From contig JBBRDW010000033.1 of the NCBI GenBank assembly GCA_038203525.1, positions 1-24,000 of the forward strand: a stretch of 24,000 bases of DNA. Reading direction: 5' to 3'. The DNA comes from Chitinophagales bacterium (lineage in GTDB: Bacteria; Bacteroidota; Bacteroidia; Chitinophagales; Chitinophagaceae). Every line of letters starts with the position of its first letter. The first letter of the stretch is position 1. Positions 15,340 through 23,294 of the stretch are shown here, in pieces. The translations under genes and the position numbers were made by a program. Below the pieces are notes generated by a model that worked only from the letters and a program-made list of their open reading frames with translations, ran no database searches and was not told the DNA's origin.

Positions 15340-16287
15340 CTAACTGTATATGGCAACTTCGTTTAAACCGGTATTATTTTTTGCGCCACGGTACATGCCA
15401 GCACTGTTAAAAACCATCAATGCATTGCCCTCTGCATCAACTCCAATCATGCCGCCTTCGCCACCGATCTTTACCAGTTTATCGTGCACCACAATATTCA
15501 TCGCCTCCTGTAAGCTAAGGCTTTTGTACTCCATTAAACAACTTACATCGTACGCAGCAACGGTTCGTATAAACATTTCGCCATGCCCCGTACAGCTGAT
15601 GGCGCAGGTATGGTTATTTGCATAGGTTCCGCAACCGATCATGGGGCTATCGCCAATCCGGCCATACTTTTTATTCGTCATGCCACCAGTGCTGGTGGCA
15701 GCAGCTATGTTGCCGTTTATATCGCAGGCCACCGCGCCAACAGTACCAAACTTTTTATCTTTCATCAGCTCTTCCAGTTGCTGATGGGTATGATCGAGTG
15801 AGTAGTTATCAGAGTCGCGGATGGCTTTCCACTGATCGTAACGAAACTGTGAAAAGAAAAACTCGTCGGGCTCTAATTTTATGCCTTGTTTAATGGCAAA
15901 ATCGTTGGCGCCTTTGCCACTTAAAAAAACGTGATTGCTGTTGCGCATTACTTCAGTTGCAAGCTCAATTGGATTGCGCACATTACGAACACCGCTTACT
16001 GCGCCGGCATTTAAAGTGCTGCCATCCATAATTGCGGCATCCATTTCCTGTACCCCCTTTTTGGTAAATACAGAACCGCGGCCGGCATTGAAAAGCATAT
16101 TATCTTCCAAAATAACCAAAGCTGCTTTTACAGAATTAACGGCAGAACCTCCTTCTTCCAATACCGCAAAACCAGCGTCTAATGCTGCCTGCAGGCCATT
16201 GAGATAAGCGAGTTCCAGTTCGGGGGTCATGTCTTCTTTAAGAATAGTACCTGCGCCGCCATGTAACACCAGAGTATATTTTTCCAT
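15340..16287 (-). CDS. iaaA: Isoaspartyl peptidase / L-asparaginase (Ntn hydrolase, IaaA-like)
   Basis: LVLHGGAG N-terminus. Autoprocessing site KFGTVGAVACD, then TSTGGMTNKKYGRIGDSPMIGCGTYA. Confidence 0.88.
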   Translation of the reverse strand: MEKYTLVLHGGAGTILKEDMTPELELAYLNGLQAALDAGFAVLEEGGSAVNSVKAALVILEDNMLFNAGRGSVFTKKGVQEMDAAIMDGSTLNAGAVSGVRNVRNPIELATEVMRNSNHVFLSGKGANDFAIKQGIKLEPDEFFFSQFRYDQWKAIRDSDNYSLDHTHQQLEELMKDKKFGTVGAVACDINGNIAAATSTGGMTNKKYGRIGDSPMIGCGTYANNHTCAISCTGHGEMFIRTVAAYDVSCLMEYKSLSLQEAMNIVVHDKLVKIGGEGGMIGVDAEGNALMVFNSAGMYRGAKNNTGLNEVAIYS

Positions 16288-16353
16288 ACGTGTAAGTGGG
16301 TATTCGCCAACCGGGCGAAAGTAAATAAATTACACAGTTAAAAATTCTAAGTT

Positions 16354-17016
16354 TTGAAGCCATTTATTAAGAGACGTTTAAGCATTACGGATATTTTTTT
16401 GATTCTCGTTAACCTTGTTCCATTATGGGGCGTGTGGTTTAAAGGCTGGAATGCAAAGGAAGTATTTCTTGTGTATTGTTTGGAGAGCGTTATTGCAGGC
16501 GCTTATAACATACTGATGATGTGGATGACCACGTTGGTAAAAAAGAAAGATGAATGGAGCAATGGCGGGGCAACGACAATAGTATCGGGCTACTTTTTTA
16601 TTTTATTTTTCATGGTGCATTATGGTTTTTTTATTTTTATACAGTTAAGTATTTTTTTTAGTGTAGCTGGTTTTGGCATTGCTTTTACCGAATCTCCGGG
16701 TGTTCTGCAGTTCATTATACACCCTATGGATTTACTTTCGCCCGGAACGCAACAATTACTCATCCTTTTTATAGCCAGCTATGGGCTGGTGGTATTAAAA
16801 GATTTTGTTTTTAACGGTGCCTACAAAACGGCGTCTATTGGTGCACTTATGTTTGCTCCTTATGCAAGAATCTTTGTACAGCAGTTTTGTGTAATTATTG
16901 GTTCCTTTTTGCTGGGCTTTAACCTGGGGAGTATATTCATCTTGGTTTTCGTCATCATAAAAATATTCTTCGAGAGTATTGTAGATTTTCAAAAAATGAC
17001 AAAGAAAAAAAGTTAA
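16354..17016 (+). CDS. Polytopic membrane protein of unknown function (possibly DUF6498-like)
   Basis: About 6 hydrophobic segments. The track start is a TTG, so the start is uncertain. The family assignment comes from memory of N-terminal LVNLVPLWGV..GW patterns only. Confidence 0.55.
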   Translation: MKPFIKRRLSITDIFLILVNLVPLWGVWFKGWNAKEVFLVYCLESVIAGAYNILMMWMTTLVKKKDEWSNGGATTIVSGYFFILFFMVHYGFFIFIQLSIFFSVAGFGIAFTESPGVLQFIIHPMDLLSPGTQQLLILFIASYGLVVLKDFVFNGAYKTASIGALMFAPYARIFVQQFCVIIGSFLLGFNLGSIFILVFVIIKIFFESIVDFQKMTKKKS

Positions 17017-17209
17017 TTGTCGCCAGGTGCAAAGTAATTTTTTAGCTCAGCTGTATAACATCAAAGATGCTTATACTGTAGCTTGCCCGCCGATTCGGCA
17101 GCCGCAAGCTCATAAGTTCAGCACTTAACTAAACAGTAAGGAACGAACATGGAATAATTACCTGCTGATCATCCAGGGCCTCTTTGCCTTGCTGCCTTTA
17201 GTTAACAAA

Positions 17210-17228
17210 GTACAAGCGTGCGACGCAA
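17210..17228 (+). repeat. 19-bp core repeat (18/19: GTACAAGCGTGCGACGCAA)
   Basis: One mismatch. It is followed by AAGCCCGATAAGAATTACCTAAGCCCGGCTAATAAAAATTATTTA (17230-17275). A possible decayed partner ATGCTTATACTGTAG lies at 17067-17081. Confidence 0.9.
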
Positions 17229-17335
17229 CGAAGCCCGATAAGAATTACCTAAGCCCGGCTAATAAAAATTATTTATTAAGTTACCTTGCTATCATTTATC
17301 TTCAAACTGTGAACTAAATACTGTAAAGGAAAACT

Positions 17336-18175
17336 ATGGCTGTAAAACTTATTGCCGACAGTGGCTCTACCAAATGTGAGTGGTGCCTGCTGGTTGACGG
17401 TAAAAGGAAAAAAATAATAACACAAGGCATTAGCCCGTATTTTCTCAATGAAGAGCAGGTGGTTAGCATTCTGCAAAAAGAACTCCTTGGCAAAATAAAA
17501 AACGTTGTGGTTGACGAGATTTTTTACTATGGTACAGGCCTCGCCAATCCCGAAAACGGCAGGTTTATAAAACGTGCTTTAAAGAAGGTTTTTCCGGCTG
17601 CGAAAATTGCAGCAGAAATAGATTTGCTTGCTGCGGCAAGAGCTGTTTGTGGTCACCATAAAGGTATAGCCTGCATATTGGGCACCGGCTCAAATTCCTG
17701 TTATTTCAACGGCAGGAAGATTGTGAAAAATAGTCCCGGCCTTGGCTACGTGCTTGGCGACGAAGGCAGCGGTGCTTATCTGGGCAAAAAAGTAATACAG
17801 CATTTTCTTTACAATACATTTGATGAGGACCTTTTGCTGCGCTTCAATAAACAGTTTAATACCAATGCTAATGAAATACTGGAACATGTTTATAAAATGC
17901 CGCAACCAAACCGCTACTTGGCTTCGTTCGCTATTTTTCTCGCTGAGAACCGCGACCATTTTATGATAGAAAATATTATTGAAGACGGCCTGAATGATTT
18001 CTTCTTTACCCATTTGAACAAGTACCGTGAAAGCTGGTTATATCCAATTAGTTTTGTTGGCAGTGTGGCATATGGTTTTAGAGATGTGCTTAAGAATTTA
18101 TGCAACACTTACGAGCTGGAACTTGGCAATGTTTTAAAGCAGCCAATGGATGGGCTGATCGCTTACCACCAATAA
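17336..18175 (+). CDS. BadF/BadG/BcrA/BcrD-type ATPase; N-acetylglucosamine / N-acetylmuramic acid kinase-like (MurK-like)
   Basis: N-terminal ADSGSTKCEW phosphate-1 motif, ILGTGSN, and GYVLGDEGSGAYLG. It sits immediately upstream of murQ (6-nt gap). Confidence 0.8.
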   Translation: MAVKLIADSGSTKCEWCLLVDGKRKKIITQGISPYFLNEEQVVSILQKELLGKIKNVVVDEIFYYGTGLANPENGRFIKRALKKVFPAAKIAAEIDLLAAARAVCGHHKGIACILGTGSNSCYFNGRKIVKNSPGLGYVLGDEGSGAYLGKKVIQHFLYNTFDEDLLLRFNKQFNTNANEILEHVYKMPQPNRYLASFAIFLAENRDHFMIENIIEDGLNDFFFTHLNKYRESWLYPISFVGSVAYGFRDVLKNLCNTYELELGNVLKQPMDGLIAYHQ

Positions 18176-18180
18176 AATTT

Positions 18181-18996
18181 ATGAGTGAATTTATCCGCAT
18201 TACTGAGCAGCCATCTCAATACAGGCACTTGGAAAAAATGAGTATAAAAGAGATTGTTACCAATCTTAACAATGAAGACAAAACGGTTGCTTACGCCATA
18301 GAAAAAAAGTTACCAGCCATTGAAAAACTAATTACAGCGATAGCAGATAAAATGCTGGCAGGCGGTAGGTTATTTTATGTTGGCGCAGGTACCAGCGGCA
18401 GGCTTGGTATATTGGATGCAAGTGAGTGCCCGCCTACTTATGGTGTTCCTTTTGGTTTGGTTACGGGCATCATAGCCGGCGGCGAAACTGCCATAATAAA
18501 ATCCGTGGAAGATGCCGAAGATAATACCTTGCAGGGATGGCTCGATTTGCAGCAGCATAGTATTTGCGACAAAGATTTTGTAATAGGTATTGCCGCCAGC
18601 GGTACCACGCCATATGTTATCGGCGCACTGCAGCATTGTAGAGAAAATAGTGTGGAAACCGGTTGCATAACCAGCAATGAAGGCAGCCCGCTTGCGGCTG
18701 TGGCTGATCATAAAATTGAAGTGGTAGTTGGGCCGGAAGTTGTTACAGGAAGTTCCCGCATGAAGAGTGGCACCATGCAGAAAATGATCTTAAACATGAT
18801 CTCTACAACCGTAATGATCCAGTTGGGAAGGGTAGAGGATAACCGCATGGTAAACATGCAACTCAGCAACGAAAAACTGGTAGACCGCGGCGTTAAAATG
18901 TTAATGGAAAAAATAAACACCAACGATTATGAAGCTGCAAAAAAATTACTCCTTCAATACGGCACAGTAAAAAAAGCAACCGATGCAGTTAAGTGA
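18181..18996 (+). CDS. murQ: N-acetylmuramic acid 6-phosphate etherase
   Basis: GGRLFYVGAGTSGRLGILDASECPPTYGV and VVTGSSRMKSGTMQKMILNM match E. coli MurQ landmarks. I moved the start to ATG 18181 (MSEFIRIT) instead of the overlapping track start at 18100. Confidence 0.92.
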   Translation: MSEFIRITEQPSQYRHLEKMSIKEIVTNLNNEDKTVAYAIEKKLPAIEKLITAIADKMLAGGRLFYVGAGTSGRLGILDASECPPTYGVPFGLVTGIIAGGETAIIKSVEDAEDNTLQGWLDLQQHSICDKDFVIGIAASGTTPYVIGALQHCRENSVETGCITSNEGSPLAAVADHKIEVVVGPEVVTGSSRMKSGTMQKMILNMISTTVMIQLGRVEDNRMVNMQLSNEKLVDRGVKMLMEKINTNDYEAAKKLLLQYGTVKKATDAVK

Positions 18997-19043
18997 TAAA
19001 TACATTTTATGAACCGGGCAATAGAACATGAATGAGGCTTTAC

Positions 19044-19062
19044 TTGCGTCGCACTCTTGTAC
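19044..19062 (-). repeat. 19-bp core repeat (exact, reverse orientation)
   Basis: Exact 19/19 match. The upstream flank 18997-19043 is the reverse-complement homolog of the flank following the 20899 copy (AAGCCTCATTCAT..GCCCGG..AAAAT). Confidence 0.95.
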
Positions 19063-19139
19063 TTTCTCAATAAAATTCAGCCATGACGTACCAGTGAAAC
19101 AAATCGAAAATCTAAGATCTAAAAATCGCAAATCAAATC

Positions 19140-19541
19140 ATGGAATTAAGAAACAGTCGTTTTAAAATAAACATCAAAGTTGAGCAGCAGCACCTCGACG
19201 ATGTAAACCATGTAAACAATGTGATCTATGTGCAATGGATGGAAAAAATTGCACGTCAGCACTGGAATACTTATGCATCTGAAGAAATGCAGCAACAGGT
19301 TCTGTGGATGATCAAACGACATGAAATAGATTATATAACGCAGGCTTTTCTAAACGATGAATTAGAAATGCACACTTGGACCGGCGATTACACCAATGTA
19401 ACCTGGAAACGCCATTACGAAATAATAAGACTGGCAGATAATAAAAAGATAATCAGTGCAGCAAGTATCTGGATACCACTCGATAGAAAAACCCAGCGGC
19501 CAAAGCGAATTGATGATTCGTTACTATTAATGTTTGCATAA
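19140..19541 (+). CDS. Hotdog-fold acyl-CoA thioesterase (4HBT/YbgC-like)
   Basis: 133 aa. VEQQHLDDVNHVNNVIYVQWMEKIARQHW fits the catalytic-Asp N-terminal pattern of 4HBT thioesterases. Confidence 0.75.
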   Translation: MELRNSRFKINIKVEQQHLDDVNHVNNVIYVQWMEKIARQHWNTYASEEMQQQVLWMIKRHEIDYITQAFLNDELEMHTWTGDYTNVTWKRHYEIIRLADNKKIISAASIWIPLDRKTQRPKRIDDSLLLMFA

Positions 19542-19543
19542 GC

Positions 19544-20158
19544 TTATAAGGCAAAAGAAACGTCTGCAACCTGAGTTACGCATACTCCGGCACCCTTCAA
19601 TGCCTTTTCTGCCTGCAGCACGTGGCGATAATTATGCGCAATTAAAAACATAAACACATCACCCAGTTTCAGCTTTATAAATTTTGCAATCGAAATCGGA
19701 ACTTTGGTTTTCTCAAGGTCTATTGTTGCCGCATCCTCCAGCAACTGCAACAGCCTTTCTTGCTGATCTATAAAAGTTGCAATTACTTTATCGCTGTCCT
19801 CATCATTCAAAGAAATATAAGCTTTCATCGCCTTCATTTTTTTAGAAGGATTTCCTTCTGCATTTGTCGTCATCATTTTAGTAAAATAATTGCCTATTAA
19901 ACCAGATTGAAATTGTTCAGTTGCAGTGCTGTTATTCTTTTTGGCTTTTAAAATAGCGGCTTCAATTGCAGGCAGGTAATATTCACTATACCTGTTTAAA
20001 TGAACAACGCATTGTTTCGCACTCCAGGAATTTACAGTAGGTTGTTGTGAAAATTTTTCCAGCAGAATCATTTGCCATTCCTGTATGGCTTTGTTCAATA
20101 AATTTTCAGTTTGCTCCATCAGGTTTTCGATTAATTGTTTTGATTGGTAAGTTGGCAT
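19544..20158 (-). CDS. DinB-superfamily (DinB_2-like four-helix-bundle) protein
   Basis: W..KQCVVHL near the N-terminus and HNYRHVLQAE near the C-terminus fit the conserved His triad spacing of DinB-family proteins. Confidence 0.65.
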   Translation of the reverse strand: MPTYQSKQLIENLMEQTENLLNKAIQEWQMILLEKFSQQPTVNSWSAKQCVVHLNRYSEYYLPAIEAAILKAKKNNSTATEQFQSGLIGNYFTKMMTTNAEGNPSKKMKAMKAYISLNDEDSDKVIATFIDQQERLLQLLEDAATIDLEKTKVPISIAKFIKLKLGDVFMFLIAHNYRHVLQAEKALKGAGVCVTQVADVSFAL

Positions 20159-20201
20159 GATGAATAGTTTTATAAAGCAAAGCTGCTGACTTCTAAAAAA
20201 T

Positions 20202-20228
20202 AAAATCTTGGTCTACACCAAGATTTTT
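20202..20228 (-). terminator. Intrinsic terminator downstream of the Crp/Fnr gene (bidirectional-looking)
   Basis: Perfect 11-bp stem AAAATCTTGGT / ACCAAGATTTT with loop CTACA. An A6 run lies on one side and T-runs on the other. It lies 10 nt after the stop of the minus-strand gene. Confidence 0.6.
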
Positions 20229-20237
20229 GAAAAGCAA

Positions 20238-20822
20238 TTACAAACGAACTGTTCCTAGCAACTTACTGAAAGTAGTAGCATCAATTCCCAAATAAGAAGC
20301 AAGATATTTATGCGGTATCAATTGCAGCACATGCGGGCTGCGCTTTAATAATGTGCGGAATTTTTCTTCTGCCGAAAAACATTGAAGTTCAATTTGTCTT
20401 TCCAAAACACCAGCCAAAGCAAAACTGGATGCTTTTAGAATGAGCTTTTCAATATTTCTGTGTTTGTTCATGAGTTCATTTACCTGCTGGTAAGTTGTGC
20501 GCAGAAATGCACTGGCAGTAAGCGTTTCAAAATAATACTTCGATGGCTGCTGTGTAAGAAATGAATCCGCCACACCAGAGAAAGAATAGGGATAGGTAAA
20601 AACAAGCGTTGCTTCTTTATCGTTTTCGTGAAGATAAAAGGCACGTTGCACACCTTCGGTTATAAAGTATAAATGCTTTTCTATTTCACCCGCCGCTGTA
20701 AGCAACGTTTTTCTTTTTGCTGTTTGTATTTGCCAAATAGATGCAAAATCATCCCATTCATTTTGTTCGAGTGGCAGAATGGAGTAGGTGAATTTGTACA
20801 GTTGTTTAATTGCTTCTTGCAT
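20238..20822 (-). CDS. Crp/Fnr family transcriptional regulator
   Basis: 194 aa with a cNMP-binding-like N-terminal domain and a C-terminal HTH (HKYLASYLGIDATTFSKL). Confidence 0.85.
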   Translation of the reverse strand: MQEAIKQLYKFTYSILPLEQNEWDDFASIWQIQTAKRKTLLTAAGEIEKHLYFITEGVQRAFYLHENDKEATLVFTYPYSFSGVADSFLTQQPSKYYFETLTASAFLRTTYQQVNELMNKHRNIEKLILKASSFALAGVLERQIELQCFSAEEKFRTLLKRSPHVLQLIPHKYLASYLGIDATTFSKLLGTVRL

Positions 20823-20898
20823 ACGCTAAAGTATCAATTTACAAACATAACACGAGTTGTTTTACCCGCTGCGATAAAAGCCCAATATTCCGCTGAAC

Positions 20899-20917
20899 GT
20901 ACAAGAGTGCGACGCAA
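20899..20917 (+). repeat. 19-bp core repeat (exact)
   Basis: Exact 19/19 match in the divergent region between crp-like and dinB. It is followed by CGGAAGCCTCATTCATATTCCCAAGCCCGGCACAAAATATC (20918-20958). Confidence 0.95.
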
Positions 20918-20979
20918 CGGAAGCCTCATTCATATTCCCAAGCCCGGCACAAAATATCTTTTCTAACTTAGCTGCATCA

Positions 20980-22155
20980 ATGAATAAGCCGCAACGATAT
21001 ATAGCTCATTTTGACCTGGATTCTTTTTTTGTGAGTGTGGAAGTGTTGAACGACCCATCGCTCAAAGATAAGCCGGTACTAGTTGGCGGTAGCGCAGAAC
21101 GCGGCGTGGTGGCGGCTTGCAGCTATGCGGCGCGAAAGTTTGGTATTCATTCTGCCATGCCCATGAAGAAAGCGATGCAGCTTTGTCCGCATGCAATTGT
21201 CGTGCGTGGTACCCGTGGAGAATACAGCCGGTTTTCGCGCTGGGTTACCGAAATTATTGCAGCTAAAGCACCGCTGTTTGAAAAGGCCAGCATCGATGAA
21301 TTTTATATTGACCTTACGGGCATGGATAAATATTTTGATGTGTTTCAATGGACAATTGACCTGCGGCAGGAAATAATTGATAAAACACAGTTACCCATTT
21401 CATTTGCCCTTGCTACCAATAAAATGATTGCGAAGATTGCTACGGATGAAGCCAAACCCAATGGCTATATTTTTATACAGCCAGGCAGGGAGAGAGAATT
21501 TTTGGCGCCGTTACCGGTGAATAAAATTCCGGGTGTGGGCGGGCAAACTTTTATAACGCTAAAGGAAATGGGCATTAATCTTATTGGCGATATAAATAAA
21601 CACAGTGTTGAAGAACTGGAGAAAAAATTAGGCAAATGGGGCGTTGATTTGTGGAGCAAATCGTATGGCCTGCATTTTAATGAAGTGCATCCTTATCACC
21701 AAGCAAAATCTATTTCCACGGAAAATACTTTTGAGGAGAATAAGACCGACGTGGAATTTTTACTGAGTGAACTGGTGCGCATGACAGAGAAAATTGCTTT
21801 TGAACTGCGGCAGGATGAAAAGCTTGCAGGTTGCATTGCTGTAAAAATACGTTATCCCGATTTTGAAACTACGTCCAGGCAAACGACTATTAACTATACT
21901 TTTCGGGACGATGAGCTTATACCCGCAGCCATGAATCTGTTTCATAAACTCTACCGAAAAGGAAATCCCATACGCTTGCTGGGTGTACGTTTGAGCGAAT
22001 TAACCAATGAAGCCGTGCAAGGGAGTTTGTTCGATGATGGCATTAAGAAGACCAATCTTTATAAAGCAATAGACGCTGTAAAAATTAAATTTGGAAAAAG
22101 CTTGTTACAGAAAGCAAGAACCGTTAAGAAAGGGGAATCGGGAAATGAAGAATGA
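20980..22155 (+). CDS. dinB: DNA polymerase IV (Y-family)
   Basis: IAHFDLDSFFVSVE (catalytic DxD..FF), SIDEFYIDLTG, and AKIATDEAKPNG are Y-family landmarks. Confidence 0.92.
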   Translation: MNKPQRYIAHFDLDSFFVSVEVLNDPSLKDKPVLVGGSAERGVVAACSYAARKFGIHSAMPMKKAMQLCPHAIVVRGTRGEYSRFSRWVTEIIAAKAPLFEKASIDEFYIDLTGMDKYFDVFQWTIDLRQEIIDKTQLPISFALATNKMIAKIATDEAKPNGYIFIQPGREREFLAPLPVNKIPGVGGQTFITLKEMGINLIGDINKHSVEELEKKLGKWGVDLWSKSYGLHFNEVHPYHQAKSISTENTFEENKTDVEFLLSELVRMTEKIAFELRQDEKLAGCIAVKIRYPDFETTSRQTTINYTFRDDELIPAAMNLFHKLYRKGNPIRLLGVRLSELTNEAVQGSLFDDGIKKTNLYKAIDAVKIKFGKSLLQKARTVKKGESGNEE

Positions 22156-22254
22156 AAAATGAAGAGCTTAAATGCAACAAAGCAATAAACTGAAAACTAA
22201 CAACTGTAAACGCTAAGCATAAAAAATTAGTCCACTTATTTTGTAGGAAACTAA

Positions 22255-22262
22255 TATATTTG
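22255..22262 (+). promoter_or_regulatory. Candidate Bacteroidota -7 promoter box TATATTTG upstream of the peroxiredoxin gene
   Basis: Matches TAnnTTTG, 19 nt before ATG 22282. No well-spaced -33 TTTG is seen. Confidence 0.3.
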
Positions 22263-22281
22263 TTAGCCAAAACAAATATAT

Positions 22282-22920
22282 ATGGGTTTACGATTAGGCG
22301 ATGTTGCACCAAATTTTAAAGCAACCACCACAGCAGGCGACATAGACTTTTACGAGTACCTGGCTGCAGGCTGGGGAATTTTGTTTTCGCATCCGGCGGA
22401 TTTTACACCTGTATGTACAACAGAACTTGGCAAAACAGCTTTGCTAAAGGAAGAATTTGCAAAACGAAATGTAAAAGTGCTTGCAGTTAGTATTGATCCG
22501 CTAGATAAGCACAACAGCTGGCTGAACGATATCAATGAAACCCAAAATGTAACCGTTGGCTTTCCGCTCATTGCAGATGAAGACCGAACAGTTGCAACCT
22601 TATACGATATGATTCATCCCAATGCTTCTTTAACGGCTACCGTACGTTCATTATTTATAATTGGGCCAGACAAACTGGTAAAACTCATGATCACTTATCC
22701 TGCCTCAACCGGCAGAAATTTCATCGAAGTTTTGCGGGTAGTAGATTCTCTGCAGTTAACTTCAAACTACAGCGTAGCAACGCCTGCCGATTGGAAAGCA
22801 GGTGAAGATTGTATAGTAGTTCCAGCTGTAAGTACCGAAGATGCGATTAAAAAGTTTCCCAAAGGTGTTAAGGTGGTAAAGCCTTATTTGCGCTATACCC
22901 CGCAGCCAAATATCGATTAG
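22282..22920 (+). CDS. 1-Cys peroxiredoxin (Prx6-like)
   Basis: GDVAPNF...WGILFSHPADFTPVCTTELG contains the peroxidatic Cys motif PVCTTE. The 212-aa length fits 1-Cys Prx. Confidence 0.9.
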   Translation: MGLRLGDVAPNFKATTTAGDIDFYEYLAAGWGILFSHPADFTPVCTTELGKTALLKEEFAKRNVKVLAVSIDPLDKHNSWLNDINETQNVTVGFPLIADEDRTVATLYDMIHPNASLTATVRSLFIIGPDKLVKLMITYPASTGRNFIEVLRVVDSLQLTSNYSVATPADWKAGEDCIVVPAVSTEDAIKKFPKGVKVVKPYLRYTPQPNID

Positions 22921-22944
22921 TTTTTCATGTGTATTCTTAGTTTT

Positions 22945-22977
22945 AACCCCGGTGAAATTAGGCATCGGGGTTTTTTT
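22945..22977 (+). terminator. Intrinsic terminator after the peroxiredoxin gene
   Basis: CCCCG (22947-22951) pairs with CGGGG (22966-22970), followed by T7. The loop is long (14 nt), so confidence is moderate. Confidence 0.5.
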
Positions 22978-23012
22978 ATGGGCCGGGCAGCCGTACCCTG
23001 TGGCAACGTTCC

Positions 23013-23166
23013 TTGCGTCGCACTCTTGTACTTTGGGGAAGTATAGCAGCAAGTTCACGTGTTCAACAGTTCACGAGTTAACTACGCCGTTTACATTTAA
23101 AAGCCCGTAAACCTTTGAACTTGTGAACTGCTTCAACTTATTCTTAAGTACAAGAGTGCGACGCAA
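23013..23166. repeat. Composite B: inverted pair of exact core repeats (23013-23031 and 23148-23166) around a 116-nt self-complementary spacer
   Basis: TTGCGTCGCACTCTTGTAC ... GTACAAGAGTGCGACGCAA, both 19/19. The spacer pairs AGTTCACGTGTTCAACAGTT with AACCTTTGAACTTGTGAACT, and GTTTAC with GTAAAC. Confidence 0.95.
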
Positions 23167-23270
23167 CCAGGCCGCCATAAAAAGATTGGCTGGGATACTA
23201 AAAAATTGTCTTTTATGGTAGTTTATCGTTTTATTAGATATTCGGGTTTACATGTTACTAAGCTTTTAGA

Positions 23271-23278
23271 TATATTTG
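23271..23278 (+). promoter_or_regulatory. Candidate -7 promoter box TATATTTG upstream of the M16 peptidase gene
   Basis: Matches TAnnTTTG, 16 nt before ATG 23295. A TTTA lies 20 nt upstream as a weak -33 element. Confidence 0.35.
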
Positions 23279-23294
23279 GGCCTAAATTTTTTTT

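Noticed and set aside
15350-16207. Several plus-strand ORFs (15350..15625, 15583..15801, 15618..15893, 15935..16207)
   Set aside because: All are antisense to the well-supported isoaspartyl peptidase gene and have biased, repeat-like composition.
18100-18180. Upstream extension of murQ overlapping the kinase gene
   Set aside because: It overlaps the 3' end of the preceding CDS in another frame. The ATG at 18181 gives the expected MurQ N-terminus, 6 nt after the kinase stop.
3137-23166. Integron-like cassette array, with the inverted core pairs acting as attC sites
   Set aside because: No integron integrase or attI is visible. The bracketed genes are large housekeeping genes in both orientations. 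The GTT/AAC-containing ends are arranged 5'-(G)TTGCGTC...GACGCAA(C)-3', which does not reproduce the attC R''(RYYYAAC)...R'(GTTRRRY) layout. The core also deviates from the RRR/YYY pattern.
3137-23166. CRISPR array formed by the 19-bp repeat
   Set aside because: Spacing is irregular and kb-scale, copies occur in both orientations with genes between them, and no cas genes are present.
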